Below are positions 17,638 to 27,480 of a DNA stretch of 43,280 nt, in pieces. How positions within the stretch are numbered: the stretch's first letter is position 1; every line of letters starts with the position of its first letter. The DNA comes from Myxococcales bacterium (lineage in GTDB: Bacteria > Myxococcota > Myxococcia > Myxococcales > 40CM-4-68-19). Under the pieces are notes generated by a model that made no database searches, had not been told where the DNA came from, and was given only the letters and a program-made list of their open reading frames with translations. The stretch is from contig JBJMQJ010000204.1 of assembly GCA_045802765.1 (NCBI GenBank), positions 1 through 43,280 of the forward strand, written 5' to 3'. The position numbers and the translations under genes were made by a program.

Positions 17638-18297
17638 TCAGTGGACCGACGGTGGCGCCGCGGCCGGCTGATCGGCGGCCCGCTCCAGCCGCACGTCGAC
17701 CGCCGTCGCCGCGGAGAAGCGCTCCGCCACGTCGTTCCAGTTCCACAGGTTCCAGATCGCCTCGAAGTAGCGGACCTTCTCCGTCTGGTATTGCAGGTAG
17801 TAGGCGTGCTCCCAGGCATCGAGCACCATCAGCGGGAAGCTCCCTTGCGTGACCTCCGACTGGTGGTCGTGGATCTGGCTCGTGCCGAGACGGCGGATCA
17901 CTGGATCCCAGACCAGGGCGGCCCAGCCCGAGCCCATGATGCTGGACGCGGTGTGGACCAGCTGCTGCTTGAAGCCGTCGAAGCTGCCGAAGTCGCGCGC
18001 GATGGCGCCGGCCAGCTCGCCTTGCGGCTCGCCGCCCGCCTGCGGTGCGAGGTTCTGCCAGAACAGGCTATGCAGCACGTGGCCGGAGACGTTGAACGCG
18101 AGCTTGTGCTCGAGAGCGGGGATGCTCTCGAAATCGCGCTTGCGCCGGACCTCGATCAGCTTCTCGATGCACTGGTTGGCCGTCTCCACGTAGGTCCGGT
18201 GGTGCTTGTCGTGGTGCAGCTCCATGATCTTGCCGGAAAGATGCGGCTCGAGGGCGCCGTAATCGTACGGAAGGTCGGGCAGGACGTAGCGGGACAC
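17638..18297 (-). CDS. Fe/Mn-family superoxide dismutase
   Basis: LPDLPYDYGALEPH, HHDKHH and DAWEHAYYLQY support the call. The GTG at 18297 lies 8 nt after AAGGAG, so I prefer it to the track ATG at 18339. Confidence 0.92.
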   Translation of the reverse strand: MSRYVLPDLPYDYGALEPHLSGKIMELHHDKHHRTYVETANQCIEKLIEVRRKRDFESIPALEHKLAFNVSGHVLHSLFWQNLAPQAGGEPQGELAGAIARDFGSFDGFKQQLVHTASSIMGSGWAALVWDPVIRRLGTSQIHDHQSEVTQGSFPLMVLDAWEHAYYLQYQTEKVRYFEAIWNLWNWNDVAERFSAATAVDVRLERAADQPAAAPPSVH

Positions 18298-18379
18298 TTG
18301 GTGCGCTCCTTTCTGGAAGGCTCGCACCAAGTTCGGCATCGGGTCGCCGCCGTGCAGCGGTGGCCGGACGGGCGAGCGG

Positions 18380-18835
18380 ATGGAGCTGGTCGTGTTCGTC
18401 GGATTGCAGGGCTCCGGAAAGAGCGGCTACTTCGCGAGCCGGTACGCGGGTACGCATGTGCACGTGAGCAAGGACCTGTTCCCCCGCCACGCGCGCGACA
18501 AGCCCGGGCGCCAGCTGCGGCAGATCGAGGAGGCGATCGCCACCGGCAGGTCGGTGGTGGTCGACAACACCAATCCGCGGCGAGCCGACCGCGCCGCGCT
18601 CGTCCAGGCGGGGCGGCGGGCGGGCGCCCGGATCGTCGCGGTGCATTTCCTCGCCTCGGTCGGCGATGCGCTCCGCCGGAACGCCGGACGCGAGGGCCGC
18701 GCCCGCGTGCCGGACGTCGCCATCTACACCACCGCGCGCCGCCTCGAGGCGCCCCTTCGCGACGAGGGGTTCGACGAGATCGTCCGCGTGCGCCTGGGAG
18801 ACGATGGATTCGCGCTCGAAGAGGAGCGTGCCTGA
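18380..18835 (+). CDS. P-loop kinase-like ATPase (AAA_33 / polynucleotide-kinase-like)
   Basis: It has a Walker A motif GLQGSGKS and a VVVDNTN (Walker B-like) motif. At 151 aa it fits small nucleotide/polynucleotide kinases. Confidence 0.65.
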   Translation: MELVVFVGLQGSGKSGYFASRYAGTHVHVSKDLFPRHARDKPGRQLRQIEEAIATGRSVVVDNTNPRRADRAALVQAGRRAGARIVAVHFLASVGDALRRNAGREGRARVPDVAIYTTARRLEAPLRDEGFDEIVRVRLGDDGFALEEERA

Positions 18836-18845
18836 ATCGGCACAC

Positions 18846-18874
18846 GGCGGCGACGCCGGAACGCAGCGCCGCCG
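18846..18874. terminator. GC-rich hairpin between convergent genes (possible bidirectional terminator)
   Basis: CGGCGGCG (18846-18853) pairs with CGCCGCCG (18867-18874) around a 13-nt loop. There is no U-tract. Confidence 0.25.
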
Positions 18875-18897
18875 CCGGGCGTGAAGCCTGCCTCGCG

Positions 18898-19404
18898 CTA
18901 TTCGAGCTCGACGGCGGTCACGCGGACCTGGCCGTCCTTGTCCTCGGTGGTCAGGCGGGCCTTGCCGCGCTTCTCCGCGGCGTCGGTCCTCACCGCCAGC
19001 TCGTTGACCGCGATCCCCACCACCTTGCCCTGCTCGCGCACGGTGGAGAGGCCGCGGAACGGCAGGACGGCCCTGACGTCGCTCTTCCCGCCGGCGACGT
19101 CGACGTCATACGACTTGTCGCCCATCTTGACGGGCACCTTGTCGGCGGCGACAGGCTTCGCCTCGTCCCAGCGCCCCTTGCCCCACGCCTTGAGGAAGGC
19201 GATGGCGGCGTCGAGGTGCATCTTGCCGTCGGCGGAGACGGCCTGATCCGCGGCGGTCTTCTCCGGAGCCGCCGGCGCGGCGGGTTTCTCCGCCGCGGGG
19301 GCCGGCTGCGCCGCGGCGGCGGAGTCGGTAGCAGGTTGCGCCGCCGGCTGCTGCGCGGCGGCGGCGAACGACAGGCAGAACGCGATTGCGACGTTGCGCA
19401 CCAT
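18898..19404 (-). CDS. Secreted hypothetical protein (168 aa)
   Basis: An internal ATG at 19404 follows GGGAGGAC. It has a signal peptide MVRNVAIAFCLSFAAAAQ, an Ala/Pro-rich linker and a small globular domain. Confidence 0.6.
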   Translation of the reverse strand: MVRNVAIAFCLSFAAAAQQPAAQPATDSAAAAQPAPAAEKPAAPAAPEKTAADQAVSADGKMHLDAAIAFLKAWGKGRWDEAKPVAADKVPVKMGDKSYDVDVAGGKSDVRAVLPFRGLSTVREQGKVVGIAVNELAVRTDAAEKRGKARLTTEDKDGQVRVTAVELE

Positions 19405-19494
19405 GAGTAGTCCTCCCGCGGCTAGCAAATCCACAACGCGCCGTCGGTGGTCAATCGGCCGTGGTAGGGTGCGCCGCCCCGGAGGTGGTCGTCG

Positions 19495-20853
19495 ATGCTC
19501 CTCGCACTCACCTGCGTCGCGCTGGCGGCAGCGCCCGTCGAGGCGGAAGCGCGCGAGATCCTCGATCAGCTGCTGCGCGTGGACACGAGCCACGGGAACG
19601 AGACGGCAGCGCTGCGGCCTCTCCTCTCCCGGTTCCAGCGCGCCGGGATCGAGGCGCAGCTCCTGGAATCCGCGCCCGGGCGCGGAAACCTCGTCGCGCG
19701 GGTGCGCGGGACCGGGGCGAAGCGGCCGCTGCTCCTGCTCGCGCACATCGACGTGGTTCCGGTCGAGGGGCAACCGTGGACCGTGCCGCCGTTCCAGCCG
19801 ACCGAGAAAGAAGGCTACCTCTACGCGCGCGGCGTGAGCGACGACAAGGCGATGGCCTCGGCGTTCGCCGCCATTGCGCTGGAGGCCGCGCGCGGGCAGC
19901 AGAAGCTCGCGCGCGACCTGATCGTCGCGCTCACGGCGGGCGAGGAGACCGGCGGACTGGCCGGGGCGCGCTGGCTGGCGCAGAACCACCGCGACTCGAT
20001 CGACGCCGAGCTGGCGCTCAACGAGGGCGGCGCGTTGATCGTCGCCCCGGATCTCTCGCGCATGGAGTCGGTGCAGATCGGCGTGGCGGAGAAGACCTTC
20101 CAGAGCTATGGCCTGACGGTCAAAGGCAAGGGCGGCCACTCCTCGGTGCCGCCGACCGACTTCGATCCGGTGGTGACCCTCGCGCGAGCCCTGCAGCGCG
20201 TCGGCGAGCTGCGCTTCCCCGCCAAGGTGCTGCCCGAGTCGCGCGAAGGCATCGCCCTGCTCGCCCGGCGGGAGAAGCCGCCTCTGTCGTCCGCGCTCGA
20301 GCGCGCGGCGCAAACGGGCGCGGTCTCGCCCGAGGACGATGCCGTGATCGGCAAGGATCGCCTCGCCAACGCGCAGGTCCGCACCACCTGCGTGACCACG
20401 ATGCTCAAGGCCGCCCCGCAGGACAACGTGCTGCCCACGACGGCGGAGGCGACGGTGAACTGCCGCATCCTGCCAGGCGAGACGCGCGAACAGACCCAGG
20501 CGCGGCTCGCGCAGGCGATCGCCGATCCGGCCGTCGAGCTGAAGCCGCTCGACAACGTCGGCTTCGCCAGGCCCTCGCCGATCAGCGGTCCGGTGAACGA
20601 GGCGGTGCACGCAGCGGCGCGGGCGCTGTGGGGCGAGGTCGCCGTCTCGCATTCGATGGGCACCGGGGCGACCGATTCGCGGCACCTGCGCGAGATCGGC
20701 ATCGAGGCCTACGGCCTGGGCGGTGCGCCGGGAACGCAGGACGATCAGCGCGCCGGGCGCGCGGCCCATGGCGCCGACGAGCGCCGCCCGATCAAGTGGA
20801 TGGGCGAAGGCGTGCGCTTCCTGCGCGAGGTGACGCTGCAGCTGGCGAGGTGA
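19495..20853 (+). CDS. M20/M25/M40-family metallopeptidase (secreted)
   Basis: A signal-like N-terminus is followed by LLLAHIDVVP, ARGVSDDKA and AGEETGG metal-ligand blocks. An RBS GGAGGTGG lies upstream. Confidence 0.85.
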   Translation: MLLALTCVALAAAPVEAEAREILDQLLRVDTSHGNETAALRPLLSRFQRAGIEAQLLESAPGRGNLVARVRGTGAKRPLLLLAHIDVVPVEGQPWTVPPFQPTEKEGYLYARGVSDDKAMASAFAAIALEAARGQQKLARDLIVALTAGEETGGLAGARWLAQNHRDSIDAELALNEGGALIVAPDLSRMESVQIGVAEKTFQSYGLTVKGKGGHSSVPPTDFDPVVTLARALQRVGELRFPAKVLPESREGIALLARREKPPLSSALERAAQTGAVSPEDDAVIGKDRLANAQVRTTCVTTMLKAAPQDNVLPTTAEATVNCRILPGETREQTQARLAQAIADPAVELKPLDNVGFARPSPISGPVNEAVHAAARALWGEVAVSHSMGTGATDSRHLREIGIEAYGLGGAPGTQDDQRAGRAAHGADERRPIKWMGEGVRFLREVTLQLAR

Positions 20854-20866
20854 GCGAACGCGGAAG

Positions 20867-22060
20867 TCAGAACTTCGGCTGCAGGAATTCCCGGTCGGGC
20901 TTGCCGAACAGGTACCCTTGCAGGAGCGTGCAGCCAAGCTGCTCCAGCACGTCGCGCTCGGCGGCGATCTCCACGCCTTCGCCGACCGGCTCGATGCCCA
21001 GGTCGCGGCACAGGCTGACGATCGACTGGATGAGCTTGCGCTTGGTGGGGGCCTCGTGGAGGTTGCGCACCAGCGACATGTCGAGCTTCACGATGTGCGG
21101 CTCGAGCTGCGCGAAGCTGGTCAGCCCCGCGTACCCGGCGCCGAGGTCGTCGACCGCGATCCGGTAGCCCATCCGCTTGAGCGACTCCACCCGGGCGCGG
21201 GCGTCCTTCACCTCGTCCAGGCCCGCGCGCTCGGTGATCTCCAGGACCACCTTGGCCGCGTGCGCGGACAGAGGGGACGCAGGGTCGAGCAGATGGTCGT
21301 CGAGCAGGTCGGCCGCGTGCAGGTTGACGAAGACGCTCCCCGAAGCGGCGGGGATCCGCGCGGCCACTGCATTTCGGATCGCCCGGCCGAGATCGGGCAG
21401 CCGGCGCAGGCGCTCCGCGGCGCCGATCAGGTCGGGTGGACGCGCGAGCGCCGGCTCGGAGGTGCGCACCAGCGCCTCGAAGCCGAAGAGAGCGCGCGCC
21501 GGCCACTGGACGATGGGCTGGAAGGCCATCCAGAGACCTTGCAAGGCGCGCTCGAAGGTGCGCTCCAGGCTCGCCCGGTCGTCCTTGAGGGCGGCGTTCT
21601 CGCCCAGGATGGCGAGCGCCTCGCGCTTGAGCTGCGCCAGGCGGTGGAAGCTCGCCGCGCGGCGGACGATGCTCGTCAGCTCCGAGAGCTCCACCGGCTT
21701 GACCAGGTAGCGGAACGCCCCGTGCTCGATGGCCTGCAGCGCGGTGGCCAGCTCGGGACCGCCCGTCATCAGCACGATGGGAACGTCCGAGTCGTGCTCG
21801 CGGACGGCGCGCAACAGGTCGATGCCCGAGAGCCGCGGCATGGCGATGTCGGTCAAGATGGCGTCGAACCGCTTGTCCTTGAGCAGCCCCAGCGCGGCCT
21901 CGCCGTCCGCGGCGACGTCGACCTCGAACCCCTCGGCACGGAAGGCGCGCGCGAACACGCGCCGGAGCAGGTCGTCGTCCTCCGCGAGCAAGAGGCGCGT
22001 GGCGCGGGGCGGGTCGGACCCTGACGCACCTTCTCCGACGCTCTTGGCGGTCATTCCCAT
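20867..22060 (-). CDS. Response-regulator receiver + EAL-domain c-di-GMP phosphodiesterase
   Basis: An internal ATG at 22060 of ORF 20867..23800 is used. The receiver reads LLLAEDDD...ILTDIAMP...KP. The EAL blocks are FEALVR, EITE, DDLGAGY, KLD, EGVE and QGYLF. Confidence 0.88.
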   Translation of the reverse strand: MGMTAKSVGEGASGSDPPRATRLLLAEDDDLLRRVFARAFRAEGFEVDVAADGEAALGLLKDKRFDAILTDIAMPRLSGIDLLRAVREHDSDVPIVLMTGGPELATALQAIEHGAFRYLVKPVELSELTSIVRRAASFHRLAQLKREALAILGENAALKDDRASLERTFERALQGLWMAFQPIVQWPARALFGFEALVRTSEPALARPPDLIGAAERLRRLPDLGRAIRNAVAARIPAASGSVFVNLHAADLLDDHLLDPASPLSAHAAKVVLEITERAGLDEVKDARARVESLKRMGYRIAVDDLGAGYAGLTSFAQLEPHIVKLDMSLVRNLHEAPTKRKLIQSIVSLCRDLGIEPVGEGVEIAAERDVLEQLGCTLLQGYLFGKPDREFLQPKF

Positions 22061-22134
22061 GCGCAGAGGATCCCATCGGCGGCTGCCCGGGGATCTTGAG
22101 CGCAACCCCGTAAGGACGGGGGAAATGCCTTCGC

Positions 22135-23607
22135 TCAGGACTTCGGGGGCTGGCCGGCCGCGGGCTTGTCCTGGACGGGCGGGCCGCCGACCACGCGCTT
22201 GTACCTCTGGCCACCTTGCAGTCGGCCGCTCTTGTCGTCGAACCCGTTGATCAGCGCCAGCTCTTCCACTTTGAGATTCGAGGGGAACAGCTGGTTGAAT
22301 TGCTCGACCGTCATGTCCTTGTCGACCCGCACGACCTGGATCTTCGCCGGCTGCACCGACAGCGCGCCCGGGTCGGTGAGCGGAGCGAAGCTCCCGATGA
22401 ACGCCTTGAACGTCGCGTCGTACTGCGGGAGCGTCTGCGCGCCGGTGTAGCCGAGCAGCGCATAGGTCGACCCGTTGTAGCCCGCGAAGGCGATCAAACC
22501 GGCGATCTGCCCCTGGTCCGTCTGCGCGGCGAAGTACGCGGCCACCGCGCGCTGTCCGTTGATGGTGATCTGCGCGGGCTGGCCTTGCTGCAGGCCCTTC
22601 TGGCTGAAGAACTTCTGCGCGGCTTCCTCCGGCGACATCTTGCCCGCCGTCGCCAGTTGCACGATGGCGTCCTGCTTGGGGCTGATTCCGGCCACCGCCT
22701 GCGGCGTGTTCTGCGTCTTCCACCCCTCCGGAAACGTGAGCTGGAACTTGAGCTCGGGATGGAAGAATTTCGCGCCCTGGAAATATCCCTGACGGGGATC
22801 CTCGCCGTAGACGAGGCCGTCGATCACGGCGAGATATTCGTCGCGGTTCACCTTGGCCTTGCCGAAGTCGACCTTCAATTCCTTCAGACGGTCCTCCGCG
22901 ACTTTCTCCCGGTTGCCGGGATCGGGGTGCGTCTGCAGCCACTCGGGGAGCTTGCCGCCGCCGGCGAGCTTCGAGACGCGATCCAGCGTCTTGAAGACGT
23001 CCACCATCTGCCGGGCGTCGTAACCGTCGTTCGCCATGTACGCGAAACCGAGCTTGTCCGCCTGGTTTTCGTCGTCGCGGCTGAACTTGAGGAACAGCAC
23101 CTGCAAGCCGGCCCCCGCGATCTGGCTGAGGGACGCGAGCTGGGGGCTCAGCACCGAACCGAGGCCGAGGCCGAGCTGCGCCACCTGGGCCTTGCTGATC
23201 TGGTTGGCGGAGTGTCGCGCGGCGACGTGCCCGCACTCGTGCCCCATCACGCCCGCGAGCTGCGCTTCCGTCATGAGCGTACCGAGGATGCCCCGGGTCA
23301 CGTAGACGGGCCCGCCCGGCAGCGCGAAGGCGTTCACCGCCGCATCCTCGACGACGTGGAACTGCCAGGGGAGGTTCTTGCGATTGGTCTGCTGCGAGAG
23401 CGACTGACCGAGCTTGGCCACGTAGGCCTCGAGCTTCGGGTCCTTGTAGATGCCGATGCTCTGATCGACTTCCTGGGCGGCCTGCTTGCCCATGTCGATC
23501 TCCTGCGACTCGGAGACCAGGTTCAGCTGCAGGTTCCCCGTCGCGGGGTTGCGGACGCAGGCGGCGAGCGCGGCGTACGCCGCCGCGGCGCAGAGGATGC
23601 GGAACAT
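22135..23607 (-). CDS. M48-family zinc metalloprotease lipoprotein (BepA/YfgC-like)
   Basis: The ATG at 23607 follows GAGGAGG. The lipobox is AALAAC (MFRILCAAAAYAALAACV). The HExxH motif is GHECGHV, and NAFALPGG lies upstream of it. Confidence 0.88.
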   Translation of the reverse strand: MFRILCAAAAYAALAACVRNPATGNLQLNLVSESQEIDMGKQAAQEVDQSIGIYKDPKLEAYVAKLGQSLSQQTNRKNLPWQFHVVEDAAVNAFALPGGPVYVTRGILGTLMTEAQLAGVMGHECGHVAARHSANQISKAQVAQLGLGLGSVLSPQLASLSQIAGAGLQVLFLKFSRDDENQADKLGFAYMANDGYDARQMVDVFKTLDRVSKLAGGGKLPEWLQTHPDPGNREKVAEDRLKELKVDFGKAKVNRDEYLAVIDGLVYGEDPRQGYFQGAKFFHPELKFQLTFPEGWKTQNTPQAVAGISPKQDAIVQLATAGKMSPEEAAQKFFSQKGLQQGQPAQITINGQRAVAAYFAAQTDQGQIAGLIAFAGYNGSTYALLGYTGAQTLPQYDATFKAFIGSFAPLTDPGALSVQPAKIQVVRVDKDMTVEQFNQLFPSNLKVEELALINGFDDKSGRLQGGQRYKRVVGGPPVQDKPAAGQPPKS

Positions 23608-23759
23608 GGAACCTCCTCGGGGCCGACGATGTAGGCACCGCCGCGCCACCGTGGAAAGGGCCGAGCGCGCGCCCGTTCGACTGCCGGACACCGCCGCCCT
23701 CCCCGGGGCCGATGTGACCTGCGCGCCCGAGCGGGAATTCACGTACAGTCCCCGCCCCC

Positions 23760-26504
23760 ATGCGTCCGTCGACTCGCCCCGCGGCGACCGTCCTGTGCAT
23801 CGCGGTCGGCTGCGCAGTTGCCCCCAGGCAGGCGCCGACTCCCGCGGGGGCGCCCGCCCCGCCGCCGGCTACCGCTGCGGCGCGGCCGTCGGAGGCCGCC
23901 GAGGCGCCGCCCGTCCTGCGGCTGCCGCGCGACGTCCGCCCGGTCCGCTACGCGCTGTCGATGCGGATCGTGCCCACCGAGGAGCGCTTCTCGGGGATGG
24001 CCGACATCGACGTCGAATTGGAAGCGCCCCGCTCCGTCCTCTGGTTCCACGGCCGCGGGCTGCACGTGACGTCCGCGAGGGTGGGCGCCGCCACGGCCAC
24101 CTACGAGCAGGTGAACCCCGAGGGCCTGGCGCGCCTGGTCCTCGCCCGGCCCGTCGGACCTGGCAAGGCGGTCCTCCACCTCTCCTGGGATCGCGAGTTC
24201 GATCCGCAGATCGTGGGCCTGTACCTCGCCCACGAGGCTGGGGAGCGCTACGCGTACACCCAGTTCGAGGCGGCCGATGCGCGGCGCGCGTTCCCGGGAT
24301 TCGACGAGCCGGATTTCAAGACGCCCTTCGAAGTCACCCTGACGGTGCGCTCGGGCGACGTCGCGGTCGCCAACACCATGCCGGCGGGCGAGCAGCCCGC
24401 GGGTCCCGGGCTGAAGCGGATCCAGTTCGCGACCACCAAGCCTCTCCCGACGTATCTGCTGCTCTGGGCGGTCGGCCCCTTCGACGTCGTCACCCCGCCT
24501 CCGCTCCCACCGAACGAGGTGCGCTCCCGGCCGCTGCAGGTCCGCGGCGTGGCGCCCAAGGGGCGAGGAAGCGAGCTGGCCTTCGCGCTGAAGACGGGGG
24601 CCGACCTGCTGGTGCGCCTCGAGCGGTACTTCGGCATCGAGTTCCCCTTCGAGAAGCTCGATCACGTCGCCGCGCCCGACTACACGTACGGCGCGATGGA
24701 GAACGCCGGCGCGATCCTCTATCGCGAGGACATCCTCCTCTTCGCGCCCGGCGTCAGCTCCGAGCAGACGCGCAAGTCGATCGCGTCGGTGATGGCGCAC
24801 GAGATGGCGCACCAGTGGTTCGGGGACCTGGTGACGCTGCGGTGGTGGACCGACGCCTGGCTCAACGAATCGTTCGCCACCTGGATGGGCAATCGCACCG
24901 TCCACGAATGGGACCCCGCCTACGGCGCGTGGACGAGCTTTCTCGGCAGCGTGGATTACGCCATGGAAAAGGACGCGCTCGCCAGCGCGCGCGCCGTCCG
25001 GCAGCCGCTCGACGACATCAAGAACGTCTGGAACCAGTTCGACTCGATCACCTACCAGAAGGGCGGCGGCGTCCTGGCGATGTTCGAGCGCTTCCTCGGA
25101 CGGGAAAAGTTCCGCGAGGGGATCCGCGGGTATCTGCGCGCCCACGCCTACGGAGGCGGCGACACCGACGATCTGCTCGATGCGCTCTCGATCGCCTCGG
25201 GCCGCGAGGTGAAAGGCGCCTTCCATACCTTCCTCGACCAGGCGGGGGTACCGCTGGTCGACGCGCGCGTGTCCTGCTCGGGCGGCCGGCCGCGCCTCTT
25301 GCTCCGCCAGGAGCGCTACCTCCCGCTCGGATCGTCCGCGGAGCGCCGCCAGCTCTGGCGGATCCCGGTCTGCGCCCGTTACGCGGCGGCCGGCGCGGAG
25401 AAGGAGGCGTGCACGCTCCTCGAGGACGCCCAGGGCGCCCTGCCGCTCGACGCCTGCCCGGATTGGATCCTTCCCAACGCCGACGCGTCCGGCTACTACC
25501 GCTGGAGCCTGCCGCCCCGCGAGCTGCGCAAGCTGACCGGCGCGGCGTACCCGAGACTCGCTGCGCGCGAGCGCATCTCGGTCGCCGCCAACGTGCGCGC
25601 CGCCATGCACAGCGGCGCGCTCGGATTCGCCGACGGGATGGCGGTCATCGCGCCGCTCGCCGCCGATCCGGATCCGCAGGTGGCCGCCGTTCCCATCGAC
25701 GTGCTGACCGCCGCGCGCGAGGACCTGGTGCCTGACGCGACCCGCGCGCGCGTCGAGCAGGTGGGGAGGCAGCTCTACGGCCCGGTGGCCCGCCGGCTGG
25801 GATGGACTCCGCGCCGGACCGAGGCAATCCCGGTGCGCGCGTTCCGCGCGCGCGTGCTCTGGTTCCTCGCCTTCACCGCGGGCGATGCGACGGTTCTCGC
25901 GGAAGCCGCGCGGCGCGGACGCGCATACGCGGGGTTCGAGGACGGCCGCTTCCATCCGCGCGCCGTCGATCCCGGGCTCGCGGCGATCGCCCTCGGCGCG
26001 GCCGTCCGCCAGGGCGGCGCGAAGGAATTCGATGCGCTCCTCGCCCGCCTGCCCGAGGAACGCGACGCCGCGGTGCGCCGGCGCATCCTCGCCGCGCTCG
26101 CCACGGCCGAGGATCCCGCCCTGCGCGAGCGCGCGCTGGCGCTTGCGCTCGACCCGCGCCTGCGCAAGAACGAGCGCGTCGAGGTGTTCTTCGCGGTCTC
26201 CGCGCACCTCGCGTCGCGCGACGCCGCATGGGGGGCGCTCAAGCGCGAGTTCGACCAACTCGTCCCGCAGGTGCCCGAGACGCACGCGCAGAGCGTCATC
26301 GCGCTCGCTGGCGAGTTCTGCGACCGGACCCACCTCGCCGACGCGGAGGCGTTCCTCGCCGATCGCGCGCCGCGCATGCCCGGGGGCACCCGCCAACTCG
26401 CGGAGACCCTGGAGAAGATGCGGCTGTGCATCGCGTATCGCGATGCGCAGGAGGCGAGCGCCGGCCAGTTCTTCGCGCGCGCGTCCGCCCCGGTGCGCAG
26501 GTAG
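23760..26504 (+). CDS. M1-family aminopeptidase (aminopeptidase N-like), probable lipoprotein
   Basis: It has the GAMENAG exopeptidase motif and HEMAHQWFGDLVT...WLNESFA (HExxH-x18-E). The N-terminal lipobox-like sequence is CIAVGC. Confidence 0.92.
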   Translation: MRPSTRPAATVLCIAVGCAVAPRQAPTPAGAPAPPPATAAARPSEAAEAPPVLRLPRDVRPVRYALSMRIVPTEERFSGMADIDVELEAPRSVLWFHGRGLHVTSARVGAATATYEQVNPEGLARLVLARPVGPGKAVLHLSWDREFDPQIVGLYLAHEAGERYAYTQFEAADARRAFPGFDEPDFKTPFEVTLTVRSGDVAVANTMPAGEQPAGPGLKRIQFATTKPLPTYLLLWAVGPFDVVTPPPLPPNEVRSRPLQVRGVAPKGRGSELAFALKTGADLLVRLERYFGIEFPFEKLDHVAAPDYTYGAMENAGAILYREDILLFAPGVSSEQTRKSIASVMAHEMAHQWFGDLVTLRWWTDAWLNESFATWMGNRTVHEWDPAYGAWTSFLGSVDYAMEKDALASARAVRQPLDDIKNVWNQFDSITYQKGGGVLAMFERFLGREKFREGIRGYLRAHAYGGGDTDDLLDALSIASGREVKGAFHTFLDQAGVPLVDARVSCSGGRPRLLLRQERYLPLGSSAERRQLWRIPVCARYAAAGAEKEACTLLEDAQGALPLDACPDWILPNADASGYYRWSLPPRELRKLTGAAYPRLAARERISVAANVRAAMHSGALGFADGMAVIAPLAADPDPQVAAVPIDVLTAAREDLVPDATRARVEQVGRQLYGPVARRLGWTPRRTEAIPVRAFRARVLWFLAFTAGDATVLAEAARRGRAYAGFEDGRFHPRAVDPGLAAIALGAAVRQGGAKEFDALLARLPEERDAAVRRRILAALATAEDPALRERALALALDPRLRKNERVEVFFAVSAHLASRDAAWGALKREFDQLVPQVPETHAQSVIALAGEFCDRTHLADAEAFLADRAPRMPGGTRQLAETLEKMRLCIAYRDAQEASAGQFFARASAPVRR

Positions 26505-26517
26505 GCGCCCCGCTCCG

Positions 26518-27431
26518 TCAGCGGTCCGCGACCGCGGTCCTTCTTCGCCGAAGACCTTCGGGGCGCCGTCGCCCATGGCGATCCGCTCGCCGGTGTGGAG
26601 CGCGAAGACGCGGTCCCCGAGGCCGCGGCGCGTCACTTCCGCGAGCAGTCGGCGCCGGGGCGCACCATGCTCCGCGCCGCGCGAGTAATAGGCCTCGAAG
26701 TGGATGGGCACCATCGCCGCGGCGCCGAGGTCGCGGAAGATGTCCAGCGCCTCCTCGGGGCTCGCGTGGCCCCAGCGATCGCTGGCCCGGTTCTGGCGGG
26801 CGGGCGCGATGGGGATGAACGCGAGGTCGATCCCCGGGAAACGCGCGCCGATCTGGCGGAAGATCCGCGGGTCGTACCCGGTGTCGCCGGCGAAGTACAC
26901 GCGCCGGCCGGCGCCTTCGATCACGTACCCGGTCGCGGCGTGGTTCCACAGCGCGTCGAGACCATACCGGCCGCCCTGGTGACGCGCGGGGACCGCGGTG
27001 ATGGTGAGGCCGCGCACCTCGAGCGAGTCCCAGGCCTTGAGAGGACGCTTGCGGGCCTGCACGATCTCGTCCGCGTACGCCTGCCCGCCGTCCGGGAAGA
27101 CCACGGCGGTGTCGGGCCCCAGCTTGCGCACGGTCGGGGCGTCGAAGTGGTCCAGGTGCATGTGGCTGATGAGCGCGACGTCGATCCGCGGCAGCTCCGA
27201 CGGGCGCAGCGATGCCGGGGTCTCGCGCGGGAGCACCAGGATGGCCCCGGAGAGGTTCGGGTCGGTGAGGACGGTGCGGTTGCCGATGCGCAAGAGCACC
27301 GTCGCGTGGCCTACCCACACCGCCGAGAGCGGAGCTGCCCGATCGTCCGGCGGAAGCCCGCGCACGGCCGGCTCCTGGTGGGCGACCAGGCAGCCGCAGA
27401 CGAGCGGCAGGACGGCGAGCAGCTTGCGCAT
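26518..27431 (-). CDS. MBL-fold metallo-hydrolase, lipoprotein-like; no in-frame stop (probable frameshift or pseudogene)
   Basis: The ATG at 27431 gives MRKLLAVLPLVCGC. It has the HxHxDH motif (SHMHLDHF), plus FAGDTGY and VPIHF. The frame stays open to 23739, antisense through the M1 peptidase gene. The nearest stop (TGA, 26518-26520) is in the -1 frame, so the 3' coordinate is approximate. Confidence 0.6.
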
Positions 27432-27480
27432 CGAGCGATGTAGCCATGCAACCCCAAGCGCGGGCAAGTAGGATGTGCGG

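Noticed and set aside
20867-23800. A 977-aa ORF fusing the M48 peptidase region with the receiver-EAL protein.
   Set aside because: Only the last 397 aa (from ATG 22060) show receiver and EAL motifs. The upstream part is a wrong frame over the M48 gene (true frame 22135..23607).
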